Positions 62,269 to 64,000 of a DNA stretch of 64,000 bases are shown one piece after another. The stretch is from positions 69,898,719-69,962,718 of the forward strand of contig NC_057719.1 in the NCBI RefSeq assembly GCF_004010195.1, written 5' to 3'. This stretch comes from Chiloscyllium plagiosum (lineage: Eukaryota). The notes under the pieces were generated by a model that saw only the letters and a list, made by a program, of their open reading frames with translations, did not search any database and was not told where the DNA came from. The translations under genes were made by a program, and so were the position numbers. Every line of letters starts with the position of its first letter. Positions within the stretch are counted from its first letter, which is position 1.

Positions 62269-64000
62269 GAGAAATGGAAAGACAATGTAACGATGAACAG
62301 ATTGGAAAGGAGAGGAAAGAAATAATTTGTGGTACAATTAAAACCTTGTAAAAAACAGCATTGAAAAATTAACAGAGCGGCATGGACACTAAATATTGAA
62401 AAACGCTAGAAAAACTGAAACAAAGTCTACAGGCTACTTAGAAGATTAAGGTAGTGTCGCATTTTTATACACTATTAGCGAAACAAAAGGAAAAAATACA
62501 GCAATTGAATGTCAGAATAATTAATGGTGTTGCCTCAATGGGATTATTAGTCCAGAGGAGGAAATGGCAGCAAATTCTATATTTCCACAGAGTGATTAGA
62601 TTCACTGCAGAGTTACAGGTACTAGTTACAAACAGTTTTCCATTCTGTCTGCTTAGGCAATTTCAATGGTAAATGCTCACATTAAATCAAAATAACAAAA
62701 AAAACCCAAAAAGTGTACACCAACTTTTCAACAGATTTAAGCTGTTTAAGTAAGTAAAACATTTTAACCTCTAATGGCATAATCAGATTGGCAATGTTGC
62801 CATCATGTATAAGATCGGGTACTGAGATATGACATGTAAATGTCCAATCTCGTTGTCTCATGCTGAAGTAAGCAATTTTAGAGTTTCTTCTCAAAATCCA
62901 CTTGCAGTTAATGAAACTAATTTAGCAAGCATTTCTATTAAGCCTTTCGACGCACTAAGTGGGATCTGAGGGTAAGGTGATGTTTGGATTTGACATTAAG
63001 AAGAATCGAGTATCATTGACTTAGCCAAAGAATATCACATGGCCAACTGCAATAAAGCAAACAATAACTAAAAATACAAATTTTAGATATTTAAAAAGGT
63101 GCAACTTTAGAAAAAATATGGAAGAGGATGGTTACTGTAACTGACTCCATATTTGAATCACAGAATGATCCACATTTTTGCAGAACAAAGCCGAATGCTG
63201 ACTGCAAGGTCATGAATGGGAATAGGATTACAGCAGAGACAGAAATGTCTTTAATTTAGTTTGGTTGGATGCTTTGTTAAATACATGGGGGACTGGAACT
63301 ACCGGAACTGTCACTAATAAATCCAATATGGGACTTGGAGTCTGGTAAGAGTTTAGATCATCTTATCACACTGAGTGTCTGAGGCCAATATCATAGCTGC
63401 ATTCAAAGGGAAGCTAGACATCTATGAGGGAGAAAGGGACAGAATCTGTTAATACAGTGAGACAAAGATGGGAGGAGTCTCAAGTGGACCATTAACAGTG
63501 GCATAGACCTGCTGGACCGAATGTCTGTTACTGTACTGCAAATTCTATGCACCGTTCTGAAAACAGTATCTGCAAAATAACTATTAAATTCATTATTAAT
63601 GTCATATGTAAGAAACAGTCCATTCTTCAGACATCAGGTCATCCAACAATTAGAATTTATTTTGTAAACAATTCTACAAACCCAGTGCTAGTATGTTGCT
63701 TCTCATAAATAGATACAGCCAGAGCAAAGAATGTAGAATGAAAGTGACTGCATATATTTAGTGAGGCACAAAATGCTGAAGGTCATTAATGAGTTAGCAG
63801 CTGCTTTTAATGAAATGTCTAATACTGATACCAGATTTGGATTGCGTTGTCCTCTCGTGTGCAGAAAGTGCCCAGAATCACAATAATAAATTAGATCTAG
63901 TAAATTCACTTAGTGGTATTATATTGTCAAACAATTTGATTTCTTGAATTCCATTAATAGAAATGGTTAAATTCCATTGGTCAGATCATCAGACGTTTAA

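Larger units (their letters stand above)
29902..64000 (-). other. Last intron of NOVA1 (runs past the window end)
   Basis: Lies upstream of the acceptor. I found no exon encoding KH1 or the alternative TLPSSP...RANQ segment by eye or in the ORF track; a short diverged exon could have been missed. Confidence 0.75.

Overview
Vertebrate genomic DNA, most likely from a shark or other cartilaginous fish (inferred from the repeat content). The only host gene is the 3' part of NOVA1 on the minus strand: the terminal coding exon (28894-29901; KH2, Ala-rich linker, KH3, stop), a ~2.1 kb 3' UTR that closely resembles the human one as I recall it (possibly extending to ~24.1 kb), and >34 kb of upstream intron. 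The rest is unique non-coding DNA plus decayed CR1-type LINEs, tRNA-derived SINEs, Harbinger fossils, a minisatellite with a 155-N gap, and many Penelope-like element (PLE) pieces. The most striking unannotated structure is a set of minimal hammerhead-ribozyme (HHR) cores (CUGANGA-N-stemII-GAAA-NN-UH) at the ends of at least four PLE families. Several PLE ends form short fold-back insertions with 13-16 bp target-site duplications (TSDs), and one insertion places two intact cores in tandem on the NOVA1 pre-mRNA strand. Also notable: this NOVA1 has Val at the position of the 'modern-human-specific' I197V change, a YCAY cluster surrounds its proximal poly(A) site, and the intron has homogenised inverted repeats. 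Comparisons with human sequence and repeat consensi are from memory and need confirmation by alignment. Repeat boundaries are approximate unless a TSD is given.
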